Origin: Octopus sinensis
Taxonomy: Eukaryota
NCBI RefSeq assembly: GCF_006345805.1
Contig: NW_021834586.1
Coordinates: 1 to 46,879 of the forward strand
Reading direction: 5' to 3'
DNA: 46,879 nt
In this document: piece by piece, positions 1-12,023 of the stretch
Layout of the letters: each line of letters begins with the position of its first letter
Numbering within the stretch: position 1 is the first letter of the stretch
The notes under the pieces: model-generated
Told to the model about the DNA's origin: nothing
The model's database searches: none
What the model saw: only the letters and a program-made list of their open reading frames with translations
Made by a program: the position numbers and the translations under genes

Positions 1-659
1 AACTTGAAGAGCCAGTAACCATTAAGAGACATTAAAACCCTTTAGAATGCTTTTAATGATTCATCTGAACGGAAAGAAAAGGACATCATGGTATTATAGT
101 TATATTTAGGCGAAAGCATATTTACAACGTCAAGAAAATTAACTAGTTATGAAAAATGCGATGAGTAACAGACAATGCTTCTGCTCATTCGTTCTCGATG
201 TGTGTTATTTAACTAAACTGAGACGACATGAGGAACGTAAATAAATTTACATTATATCTTTAATAAAGATAATTTTAGTTTTGTTGTGCTTGCATTTTTA
301 TTAAACATAAGCATATACACCAGAGATAGGCAAACAGACACACACACACACACACATATATGTGCGTGTGTGTATGTATGTATATGGTTATATATATATT
401 ATATATATATAATATATATATATATCGAGAGAGAGAGAGAGAGAGAAAGGTCACAAAAGTGATGGAAGATGCGGCCAGCACCCTCCATCCTTTTTTGACG
501 TCTATTAATTTTGCCTTTTGGTTCTAATTGCTATAAACCACCCTTTTTATTAGTTTTACACACCACACCACCATATAGTTAATATATGTATATTAACTAT
601 ACAGGTGTGTATCAACTATAGGATACATATGTAATATATATATATATATATATATATCT

Positions 660-717
<58 letters not shown>

Positions 718-1653
718 CTGTACACATATATGCGTGTATTGTACATGTAGAGGTAGGTACGTACATATTGTTTATAATATATGCATATGTTCTATTTTAT
801 TAACATATTATACGACTAACGCACGCAACCCTATTAAGTAAGATTGTTCTGTTTATCAAGTTAGCCTTGATATTAACTCTCACGCGACTCTGCATCTTTC
901 TTTCTTTCTCTCCCATTCCCTTTTTCGTCTTTTTTTTCCCTCACTTAACTTGTCTTCTCCTCCTCTCTCCCTTTCACCATTCTTCATGGTCTCCTCGCAC
1001 CATTCCCCTCTTCTCTCTCTCTTTCTCTTGCTCCTCCTCCCCCATTCCCTCGTCCATCTGCGACGATACTTCCGTCGTAACTGCTATCCTGTCTTTCTCT
1101 TCGCCCCCCTTCTAAGGCTACTGGTCGACACATTTTTTCTCTCTCTCGTCGTCACGATAATCCAGCGTTTGCAATACTTTTTTTCGTCTGCGTTAACAGC
1201 CCTTCTTATCTTGTTCTCCTTGTCCGTCTCTCTCACTGTTATATATTATTTTTTTCCACTGTTTATATATATATTTTTTACTGTTTATATGTTTGTACTG
1301 TCGTTACCGTCTTGCTTTTTATTTACCCCTCTGCGAAAAGATCTCAGAATTTTAATTGATTTGCTTTTCGCGGGAAGAAGTTTTTCTCGAAGTATACGTC
1401 TCGCTTTTATCCTTCGAAACGTTTAGTAGATGAAACCTTACGACAGAAGAAGGAGATTTTTCGTTGTGCTTATTGTCCTGTATCTCTCTTTTTTTTTGCT
1501 TGTCTTGTTCCTTGGTTGTGTCTATGTTTCGTCTCTCTATTGTTCGACGTCTTTTTGGTGTCCTGTACACATATATGCGTGTATATGTACATGTAGAGGT
1601 AGGTACGTACATATATGTTTATATATATGCATATGTTCTATTTTATTAACATA
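718..1653 (+). repeat. ~90 bp direct repeat pair (718-807 and 1563-1653)
   Basis: ctgtacacatatatgcgtgtat...gtagaggtaggtacgtacatat...ttctattttattaacatat occurs twice, differing by small indels. Confidence 0.85.
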
Positions 1654-1859
1654 TGCAGTGGCGCCCAGTTCTGGCATTTGTGTAAATCTCGATGCCAAAG
1701 TTTGGGACAAGTCCTTCTAGGATCTTCCAGATGTATATTATAGCATATCTTTCTCGCCTACTCTCTAAGGAATAGAGTCTCAATCTCTTGAGTCTTTCCC
1801 AATAGCTTATATGCTGCACATAGGCTATCTTCTTCGTGTAGCTTCGTTATATATGTATA

Positions 1860-1910
<51 letters not shown>

Positions 1911-1950
1911 TATATAGAATATATATGTATATATATATATACCTACATAG

Positions 1951-1982
<32 letters not shown>

Positions 1983-2226
1983 ATATATATATATATATAT
2001 ATATTCTATATATATATACCTATATATACATATATAACGAAGCTACACGAAGAAGATAGCCTATGTGCAGCATATAAGCTATGGGAGACTCAAGAGATTG
2101 AGACTCTATTCTTAGAGAGTAGGCGAGAAAGATTGCTATAATATACATCTGGAAGATCCTAGAAGGACTTGTCCCAAACTTGGCATCGAGATTTACACAA
2201 ATGACAGAACTGGGCGCCACTGCATA
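1652..2226. repeat. Fold-back palindrome: ~200 bp arms of LINE sequence around an (AT)n spacer
   Basis: 1652-1859 is the reverse complement of 2025-2226 (atgcagtggcgcccagtt ... aactgggcgccactgcat). Confidence 0.9.
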
Positions 2227-2554
2227 GTGCCAAGGACTCCAATTTGCCATCAAGATGTAGGACAAATACTATGAGATAGCCTGGGCTTCCGAGGCCCCAG
2301 CTCTCAATATTCTCCCGAAGAACCTAAGAGACCTGCATGGGGTGGATGCAGATGTCTTTAAAATGAAACTGGATCTCTTCTTGTCAAGTATCCCAGATGA
2401 ACCAACTTCACGGCAGGAGGTGCAGATGAGGGCAGCTGCATCGAACTCTCTCATGCACCAAATGGCAATTGCTAAAAAGTATTCGTGAAGTAAAATCATG
2501 TAGCAACACCAAATGGTGGTGCCCCAGCATGGCTACAGCCAGTGAGATGAAACT
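2030..2554 (+). mobile_element. 3' fragment of a CR1/L2/Jockey-group LINE (RT C-terminus plus 3' UTR)
   Basis: Reconstructed frame SYWERLKRLRLYSLESRRERYAIIYIWKILEGLVPNFG...DLFLSSIPDEP resembles CR1-group RT C-termini; it ends in ggtggtgccccagcatggctacagcc. Confidence 0.7.
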
Positions 2555-2571
2555 CATATGTATAAATGCTC

Positions 2572-2606
<35 letters not shown>

Positions 2607-3159
2607 TTGTGTAATTTAGAAACGATTTCCAAACAAACTGAAACTACATGTTGGGACAATGAAGAACACCTCAAATTCTTGATATTCTCTGATAAAACGC
2701 TGTACGAATAAGTCTGTTTCACTTCCAGTAAGCTTTTTAAAACACCATACACAAATACAGAATACAAATACTCAAAACTAATCTATCAACAACAAGATCA
2801 AGTCTATAGCACCAAGATTAAAATTAAATAAGAAAGTAGGTTGGATAACTGAATGTAAATACTACATAACTCCAAAAATTTCATAAACAAAATTTCACTA
2901 TAAACCCTCAAGTGCTAAATCAATAATCCTCTCAAAATTTAATTTGGGAGTGTCTTTTGCTATATTCTATATGGTCTTTTCTAATAAGATTTAGGGAAAC
3001 TACTAGCTTGCGACTTTTTGATAATAAAAATTCTGAAAATGTCATTGTAATGGTGGCAATGCTATTTGGTTATGTTGGAAACCCAACTCAACATTACTAA
3101 TATTTACCCATCCATTTTTAAAACTCTATTCTTATACTTAAAAGTTACCTTAGATATAA

Positions 3160-3420
3160 GGGTGGGTACTCCGTCGATTACAATGACCAGTGTTCTAGCT
3201 GATACGTTCATCGGAACAGCCTGCTCATGAAATTAACGTGCATGTGGCTGAGCACGCCACAGACACGTGTAACCCTAAAGTAGTTCTCGTGAAAATTCCG
3301 CGTGACACACCGAATGTAAGAAGGATGGCCTTTTTGTACATCTCATTTTTGCCACCACCGCTGGGAACCGAGCACACGAGCTTAAGATCGTGAGCCGAAT
3401 ACAGTAATCATTAAGCCATA
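3160..3420 (-). mobile_element. tRNA-derived SINE, degenerate
   Basis: tRNA-like head at ~3420; body ggaacagcctgctc.tgaaattaacgtg...gtggctgagcac.ccacagacacgtgt is shared with the copies at 3553 and 28090. Confidence 0.7.
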
Positions 3421-3552
3421 GACCTTCACCTTAGATTTAAACACAGATAGAAAGCTAAAGTGAAAATCCCGAGTACAATTACGCATTCTCATCACGCATA
3501 AACTTATAATCTTCAAAAACTTAATCAACAAAATAATTCCTTACATTAAAGG

Positions 3553-3840
3553 AGCATTCCATCGGTTACGTTGACGAGAGTCCCAGCTGATTCACTCAAC
3601 GGAACAGCCTGCTTGTAAAATTAACGTGAAAGTGGCTGAGTACTCCACAGACATATGTACCCTTAACGTAGTTCTCAGGGAGATTCAGCGTGAATTACTA
3701 ACAAAACTCGTTTTTGCCAGCTGAGTGGGCTGGAGCAACGTGAAAGTAAAGTGTCTTGCTCAAGGACACAACGCGTCACCGGGAATTGAACTCACGACCT
3801 TACGATCGTGAGCCAAACATCCCAACCACTAAGCCATGTG
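3553..3840 (-). mobile_element. tRNA-derived SINE
   Basis: Minus-strand head catggcttagtggttgggatg...gtgagttcaattcccgg has A/B-box-like motifs, followed by the conserved core tgtgtccttgagcaagacacttt. Confidence 0.8.
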
Positions 3841-4331
3841 AATTTCTTACATAATCTCAGATAAAACCACATTTGAATAGCAAATTACGACAATCAATCG
3901 TTAGAAAACAGAGACTTTCTGGGATAAATCAGTTTTATATCTATGAAAAGAAAACAGCATTGGATGAAGAAAGTGAACGATAAACGAAATGCAACCAGGA
4001 CCAGAATGTAGTTTGTTTCAACTTTTTCCCCATTCAATCTCATGAAATTAAGAGAGAGTTGCACAATCAATAAACGTCTATATTTTAGTATTTACTGTTA
4101 AATTACATATTTTAACTCACAATCCTTTTTTTTTTTTGTAACCAACAAGGAAAAACTGTTAAAACAGCGGATATTTAAATTTCAAAACTAAAATTTGTAA
4201 ATGACTTTACGAGAACAGATTTTATTTAATTAATATAGTATACGTACAAATACATACGACTAATCTGTCAAACACAAGAACGAGTTTATAGCACCAGACT
4301 AAAAGTAAATAAAAAAACAATGATAAGATGA

Positions 4332-4935
4332 AGGCGGCGAGCTGGCAGAAACGTTAGCACGCCGGGCGAAATGCGTAGGCGTATTTCATCTATCGTTACG
4401 TTCTGAGTTCAAATTCCGCCGAGGTCGACTTTGCTTTTCATCCTTTCGAGGTCGATTAAATAAGTACCAGTTGCGCACAGGAGTCGATATAATCGACTTA
4501 ATCCGTTTGTCTGTCCTTGTTCGTCCCCTCTGTGTTTAGCCCAATGTGGGTAGTAAAGAAATAGGTATTTCGTCAGCCATTACGTTCTGAGTTCAAATTC
4601 CGCCGAGGTCGACTTTGCCTTTCATCATTTCTGGATCGATAAATTAAGTACCAGTTACGCACTGGGGGCCGATGTGATCGACTTAATCCGTTTTGTCTGT
4701 CCTTGTTTGTCCCTTCTGTGTTTAGCCCCTTGTGGGTACTAAAGAAATAGGTATTTCATCTGCCATTACGTTCTGAGTTCAAATTCCGCCAAGGTCGACT
4801 TTGCCTTTCATCCTTTCGGGGTCGATTAAATAAGTACCAGTTACGCACTGGGGTCGATATAATCGACTTAATCCCTTTGTCTGTCCTTGTTTGTCCCCTC
4901 TATGTTTAGCCCCTTATGGGCAGTAAAGAAATAAA
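4332..4935 (+). mobile_element. tRNA-derived SINE with one head and three tandem ~185 bp body units
   Basis: Head ggcggcgagctggcagaaacgttagc; gttctgagttcaaattccgcc...gtttagcccc...taaagaaata is repeated three times. Confidence 0.9.
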
Positions 4936-5326
4936 AAACTGTGATGCTTAACTAAACGTCAACCCTACATAACTCTAAAAAATCACAAGCAAATTTCACT
5001 ATAGGCCCTCAAGGTCTGCCAAATTTGAACTTGGGTGTGTCGGTTGATAGATATTATACGATATCTCAAACAAAATTATATGTTGCTGATATTGTAAGAG
5101 ATATATAGTACACGAACGAGTACTATGTATAGCACTCAAGCTAATTTAAGTGCAAATAACAATTACGTTAGCGTATTCTACTCACCACGTCCGTTGGCGT
5201 AGCTATTAGGTAGCCTTGAAGCTCAACTGACTATACACACATGCATACATACATACATACACACACACATATATGCGTGTATTTACACACACACACACAC
5301 AAACACACATATATATACACGCGTAT

Positions 5327-5409
<83 letters not shown>

Positions 5410-5584
5410 GTTTACCCTAACTAAATGTAAAACAATTCAAGGCAAATATATTAAAAATATTTCTTTGCCCTGAGTTGTTTTTTTGTTAATTTCGTTGGAC
5501 GTTATATTAAATAATATTGCTCTGAGCAATTCGTTTGTCGAGCTCTTTGATACAGTAAAAGAGAATCGATCCTCGTCGTTAGAC

Positions 5585-5701
5585 AGGTAGAGAGGTAGGC
5601 AGACAGACATATGACAGACAGACAGACAGACAGACACGGCAGACAGGCAGGCAGACAGACATATAGATAGATATATAGATAGATAGATGATAAGATAGAT
5701 A

Positions 5702-5746
<45 letters not shown>

Positions 5747-5880
5747 CAGACAGACGAGACAGACTGATAGACCGACAGACAGATAGACGATACATAGATA
5801 GATAGATAGATAGATAGTAAAGAAGATAGATTATAGATAGATAGATAGAAGATAGATAGTAGATAGATAGATAGATAGAT
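5585..5880. repeat. (GACA)n/(GATA)n compound microsatellite, 3' flank of Tx1 copy 1
   Basis: Directly visible. Confidence 0.95.
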
Positions 5881-6030
5881 AACTTTTTATTGTAGCCACA
5901 CAGGGCTAAACACAGAAGAAAAATGGACGAAATACAATGTAGAATTTTTTCTTATCGAGGTGGGATGGTTGGGGCACAAAAAAAAACGTTTGATCAATAG
6001 GGATCTGTGGGTTGTGTGGAGTAATAAAAG

Positions 6031-6063
<33 letters not shown>

Positions 6064-6179
6064 TTCACAGTTTAGGTGTAGCCTTGGAAAGAAAACCTAC
6101 AAAAAAGACCAAGGTCACCTCAGACAGTTCGAAAAGAACACATGAGTAAGTCGCCTTACTTCTCGTTGTCTCTTCTGGT

Positions 6180-9100
6180 TACAGATTTATGCTTAAAATA
6201 GTTGTCGTCTTTCATACTGACCATTTTTGCCACTTTTTACCCATTTTTATTAAACATTCGTTCGACAAAGCCTTCCTCTCTATTCTCATCCTCCTTTTCA
6301 AGTGGTACTTGAAAAATTGACGAGAGACTGACCAGAGAGGAAGGTGTTTGTTTGCAAACCTTTCAAACGCGTCCACCACACACATTCTTTCGCCATAGCC
6401 ATCAGCGTAACGAAAACAGTTTTTCCTTCCCGTTTAAAGGAAGGTGGTGGAACAATATTCACGATAGACTCGGCCGATAAGCGGGCCCGACCTACACGTG
6501 ACAACAGCTGTTCGACGAAGGTCCACAGCTCTGAAATATCTGGACACTGCACGAGTGCGTGCAGAACGGTTTCGTCGCTCTGACCGAATCTCGGGCAAGT
6601 CGGTCCGGTGATGGTTTTCGAACCGTGTCTGTAGCTCTTCTCTCGAACAGGTAGTGCGTCTCGATAGCACTGCCAAGCCAGGATTTCTGGAAGTTATCCA
6701 TAGGCCCCGGCCCGAACGTCGTCCTGACAGCAGGTTAGGAATTTCCTCGGTTTCTCGTCGACGCCCAGGTTTTACCCGAGTGTGTCGTCGACCTCCCCTC
6801 CACTAATCCTCTATAGAACGCTTTAGTGTCGTTTGTAAGTTGCACAAGTTTGACCCCGGTCGGCAGAGCTGCTGTAGAGCTTGGCTACACTCCCTGGGCC
6901 AATCGCCCAGTTCGGTCTTTCTTGATCCACGTGAGCAGTTCGGTCAGTGAGACGAGCTGCGGGAAGGCGCGCTTCACAAACGGAACCCACACCTGTTCAC
7001 CGTCGTCGATGAAGTTCCAGAGATGCCGCAGTCTCAGCGCATGCCTGCGCATCATCAACCAACGCCTTGCCCAGTCCTCCACAGGAAGCGGAAGAGTATG
7101 CGTTCCAGTTTGGTGATGGTGGCGTCGGGACAAGGTACGACGGTCAGGCGGTAATCGATGACGGATGCGATTTACGCGTTCGCCACCTCCGCCCGACCTT
7201 TTAGAGACAGCTTTCTCTCGGCCCATGTTTGGCTGAGAGCAACCACTCTACTCGTGATCTCGTCCCAGTTCTTATCCATTTGGAGGTCCGGACTGAACCA
7301 GACCCCGAGCAATTTAACCGGTCCGTCCGTCCAGCGTCCCACTACTGAGCCGCAGTCGGACGGCATGGGCTTGCTTCTCCAGGTGCCGAGTAGCAAACCA
7401 CTGACTTTTCCGGGTTAATCTTCGCTCCCGTCACCGTTTCGTATTTTCTTAGTGTCTCGCCTATCATCTGATGTGTTTGTCGTTCGACACTATGACGGTG
7501 ACATCGTCCGCATATGCCGACACACGCTCGTCCGCAACCCAGTTCCGTGGGATGCCCCTCAGTGTCGCCAGCTTCCGCAGTAGCGGCTCGCGAGTCAATA
7601 CATACAGAAGCGCCGACAGGGGACACCCCTGACGGACCGAACGAGTGATGTCAAACGGTTTCGACAGGTGACCGTTCACCCGAATCACCGATCGGATGCC
7701 GCTATACAAGGCAGCGATCCAACCGCCGAAGACGGGACCGAAGCCAGCCGCCCTGAGAACGACCGCCAAGTACCGATGGTCGACCCTAGCGAAGCTTAGA
7801 CTGATCCAAATTAATCAGCATCCCACCCATGCCAGGATCCTTAACTACCCTGTCCACAATGTAGCGCATCAGATGGAGGTTGTCATGTATGGTTCTGCCC
7901 GGCACGGTGCATGTTTGCGCCCTATCGACCAGTTTACCAATGACAAGCGCCAACCTCTCGGCTATTACTTTGGCCAAAATTTTCAAATCTGCGTTGAGCA
8001 GAGTGATGGGCCTGAAATTATCTATAAAATTCCCCTTTTTTGGGTTTTTCTTCAGCAACATTACTGCACCTCGGCTCACGAAACCGTGGATTCTCCCGTT
8101 TTGTTGCCAGTTGAAGTAAACTGATGCCAAGAGGTCGCCAAACAAGTCTGGCATTTGACCATACAGCTCGTAGGGTAAACCATCCAATCCAGGCGACTTA
8201 TACCTTGCGCAGCCCGCCATCGCATCCCGCACGTCAGCGGCTGTGATGGGACATTCACAACACACCGCTTCTCTTGCCGAGAGCCGCGGCAGGTCGGTCA
8301 GGTAGGCACTGAAATCCATCCCGCGTTTCGACCCACCACTCGCACCAAACAGTCGAGCAAAGTGCTGTTGAAAGGCCTCACACATCCTTTCGGGTTCGAG
8401 TAAGCTGCATCCCTGTTGATCTTTTAGAGACTGAATGGTGGCTCTGTTGCCACGCTGCGCCTCCGCTACCCTGGCCTCTCGCGCAGCTTCGATCCCTTCG
8501 TTCCTTAAGGCATGCATTTTAGCTCTGACGACGCAACCTTCGTGCTTGGTGTTGAGGTGTTGGTCGAGGGCCATCCTCGCAGCCAGCACGTTGGTTCCGC
8601 TGCCAGTGGTAAGTGCCTCTTCTAGTTTCTTAACTAGGTCTCCCTCTACTCTGATTCGATCTATCGCTAATTCCTTGCTGAACCTAATTGATTCCGATTT
8701 TATTGCCATTTTCAGGGCGAACCACCAGCGGTTGTTAACGACGGCTCCCGTCAGCGCCCTCTTAATTAACTCGCTAATCCGGTTCCTGTAAACCTGTAGC
8801 GCTAACAGCGACGTGTTCAGTTTCCAGTAACCGGGACCCTGCCTATGTGTTTTATCTAAGTCGAGCGTACACGTAACAAATTTGTGATCTGTGTAGCTGA
8901 CTATTTTAAATTGTGGACATCCTACACTATCCTTATCCGCTGTCCTGCATAGAATTCTATCTAGATAAGATCTCGACGATCCGACGCGGTTTGTCCAAGT
9001 CCACGTTGGCACGTTCGGATGGTCGAGTCGGAACCTGTCAGACAAATGGAAACGTCTGAGTAGGTCTTTGAGGACATTACACACCCCCTTCTATTTCTAT

Positions 9101-9563
9101 CCATTCCCACATAATCTAGATGCGTGTCCAAGGTAGCGTTCCAATCCCCTACAGTACAGTAAAGTCTAGACGTACCCAGGAAAACCTCTAGACGTCTGAA
9201 GGAATCCGCCCGACCCGTTAAGGACGGTGCATAAACTACCATCAGACGGAATGCACACCCATTTCTGCCATCCACGTCCAAGACAACCAGCCTACCCCCG
9301 GGTCTAAGATATGTTCTTACTTTTACATTTAGACTCTTTCGAAAAAGCACCACGGTACCTCCACCACCCATGTTCGGCAGACAGGGAGAAAAATAAATGT
9401 CAAATTGATCGCCAAACATGCACGCGAGGGCCCGCGGTTTGCTGAGTCTGGTTTCACTGATAGCTACTATATCCACGTTCAGTGACTTGATGTCGTTTAG
9501 AAGGTAATCTTGCTTCCAAGCCGACGCCAAGCCACGCGCATTCACACAACCTAATTTAAGCAT
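6180..9563 (-). pseudogene. Tx1 copy 1 ORF2 (APE endonuclease-reverse transcriptase), frameshifted
   Basis: Track pieces 8961-9563, 7786-9084, 7464-7769, 7172-7396, 6885-7226 and 6298-6552; 3' end approximate. Confidence 0.88.
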
Positions 9564-9629
9564 AACTGACGTTTACGAAAATTGTGTTTCACACACTACA
9601 TTGGAAGAGACAAGAGGCAAGAGGGAAGG

Positions 9630-11472
9630 TCACTTACTCATTTCGAAAATTTCAGTTTTTTCTTCTTCTTTTGTAGTGTCTTTGAGGAGGTGTTTGTATA
9701 GTTTTTTGGAGAGGTATCGTTGAAACCCGCCTACCGCATTTGGAAATATTGTTTTCAGTGCATGGTGTTGGGTTTGTGTTATGTGTACAATTCTTATGTG
9801 TTTCGGTGGTGTGGTGCACGGATGATTGTTTGTCTTAAAGTCATCTTCACAGATGTCGGTGTTGGATGCAATGTAATCCATTAATTTTTTATTGTCTCTG
9901 TCTATTGCAGTTAGTTGTGTGTGTAGTTTTGCGGGTTCATTGATTTTTATTGTCTAGGGGGATGCTGTCCGGAGTTAAATATCTCCCTGCTTTACTTCCT
10001 TGTTTGGTGGGCTTTTTTTATCTTTTCCTTTTACCCCCTGTGGCTATTTGCCATTCCGTCGAACTTTCGTCGTCCGACGTATCAGAAGGGGGTAAAGGCA
10101 AAGCATTTGCGTTAATATGTATGCTTGTAGAAATTGTCGATGTTTTGTGCGGTGTTTGTGTTGTTGTGGTGTTAGGGGTAGAATTTGTTTTCTCGTCACT
10201 GTTTTCTGTCTTTTTAATTGTCGTCCTCGGTGTTGGTGTTGGTCTATCTTTTGTTGGTTCAGCATGATGAATTGGTTGCGACGTCAACGGTGATTGTGTT
10301 GGTACTGTTTCTTTTGTTGATGATGTTGTTGGGGTTTGTTTGCTGGTTTGTTGTTTTTCTTGGCATTGTTCCATAATTGAGAGTGTTGGTGTTGGTGTTG
10401 GCAACAAGGGTTTTTTTATTTGTTTTCTGATTTGTTCTTTCTTGTTTTTTCTGTGCTAGAGCGCATTTGGCAATTAAATGCTCTGGGCTGCCACAGTTGT
10501 AGCATCTAGGCTTTTTTTCCTTCTGCCACAACATATAGGCTTTGCCCATTTTCTAAGTGGATCCTATCGGGTAGGTTCTCGATAGAGGCCCCCTCAAACT
10601 GGATGGTCACTACTATTGTTTTTCCACCCCAATTGTCGTTTAGGTACACGGCGGTTTCTAAAATATTTATCTTTTTCAAATGGTAACAGATTGCCCCTGT
10701 TATACATTTGTTCGGGATCTCGGGGGGTACATTTTTAATAGTAATTCTACTCACTCTCTGGCCTTTGTAATAAGGTACCATTTTGATATCATCATTTTCC
10801 AAAGACTCGGTAGAGTGAGCTTTTGCCACTTCCTGGTCAGGGAAGCGGACCACTACTGTGTTAAACTGGGGACCCCAGTTTATATATTCTTTTTTTTCAT
10901 TATGTTTTTTAAACATTTTTCAATATCCGTTTTTGTAATCTGTTCATTTTGTTTTTTGATTTTTCTTATAATTTTATACATAATTGTCTTATTTTCTATT
11001 TGTTCCTTTATGTGTTGAGGTGTATGCAGCACTAAATGTTGCCCACGGGTTGTAAAGAGAGATCTCGTTTCTATCAATTCTTCATTTGTAAATTTTACAA
11101 TTTCTTTTTTCTGACGCAGAGTGTCAGCGAAATTTACTGGTGTTGTTGATTATTTTATATTAACATCTTCACTATTAGATAGTTCATTTTATTGTTGTTC
11201 TTGTTGTTGTTGTTTTTCTTAATAGTATTCGCGTGATTTTCATTTTTATCATTTATGTTGGTCGTGGTAGCAGTAGTAGTCTCGTTGTTGTTGTTGTTAG
11301 TGGTGGTGGTGACAGGGCTGTTACCGCAAGTGGTTGCAGCGTTCACTACCACGTCATTCAGGTTTGCACTTTGCGTGCATGAGTTCTTTTTTTCTCCTAG
11401 CGTTTCCAGACTAGGAAAATGCTGGTCCATAAAGGAACGCGACCAGCGTTCTACAATAAAATTTCTCGACAT
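9630..11472 (-). pseudogene. Tx1 copy 1 ORF1 (gag-like, zinc knuckle), frameshifted
   Basis: Track pieces 11155-11472, 10506-10916, 10259-10549, 10018-10407 and 9630-9881 in shifting frames; homologous to copy 2 ORF1. Confidence 0.75.
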
Positions 11473-11670
11473 TTTTTAATGTCGAGAAGAAAATTACACA
11501 AATTAAATAGGGTTGAAACTGCCCCTAGGGGTAAATTCCTCCCTTGGAAAAACACTCAAACGAAAGTTGGGTGGCTTTAACACCTTATTTACAAAAATGT
11601 ACACAAAATATGGGCTATAAATAGTCAAAATAAACGATTACCTTCGGAGCCGAGGTTGACAACACCTCCG

Positions 11671-12022
<352 letters not shown>

Positions 12023-12023
<1 letters not shown>

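Larger units (their letters stand above)
2750..5090 (+). repeat. Old diverged local duplication interrupted by SINEs
   Basis: ctaatct.tcaa.acaaga.c.agt.tatagcacc at ~2777 and ~4260; acataactc.aaaaa...aaatttcactata..ccctcaag at ~2864 and ~4967. Confidence 0.55.

Noticed and set aside
1340-1430. Minus-strand frame TFRRIKARRILREKLLPAKSKSIKIL resembling a GIY-YIG C-terminus
   Set aside because: Too short, with no upstream GIY/YIG motifs.
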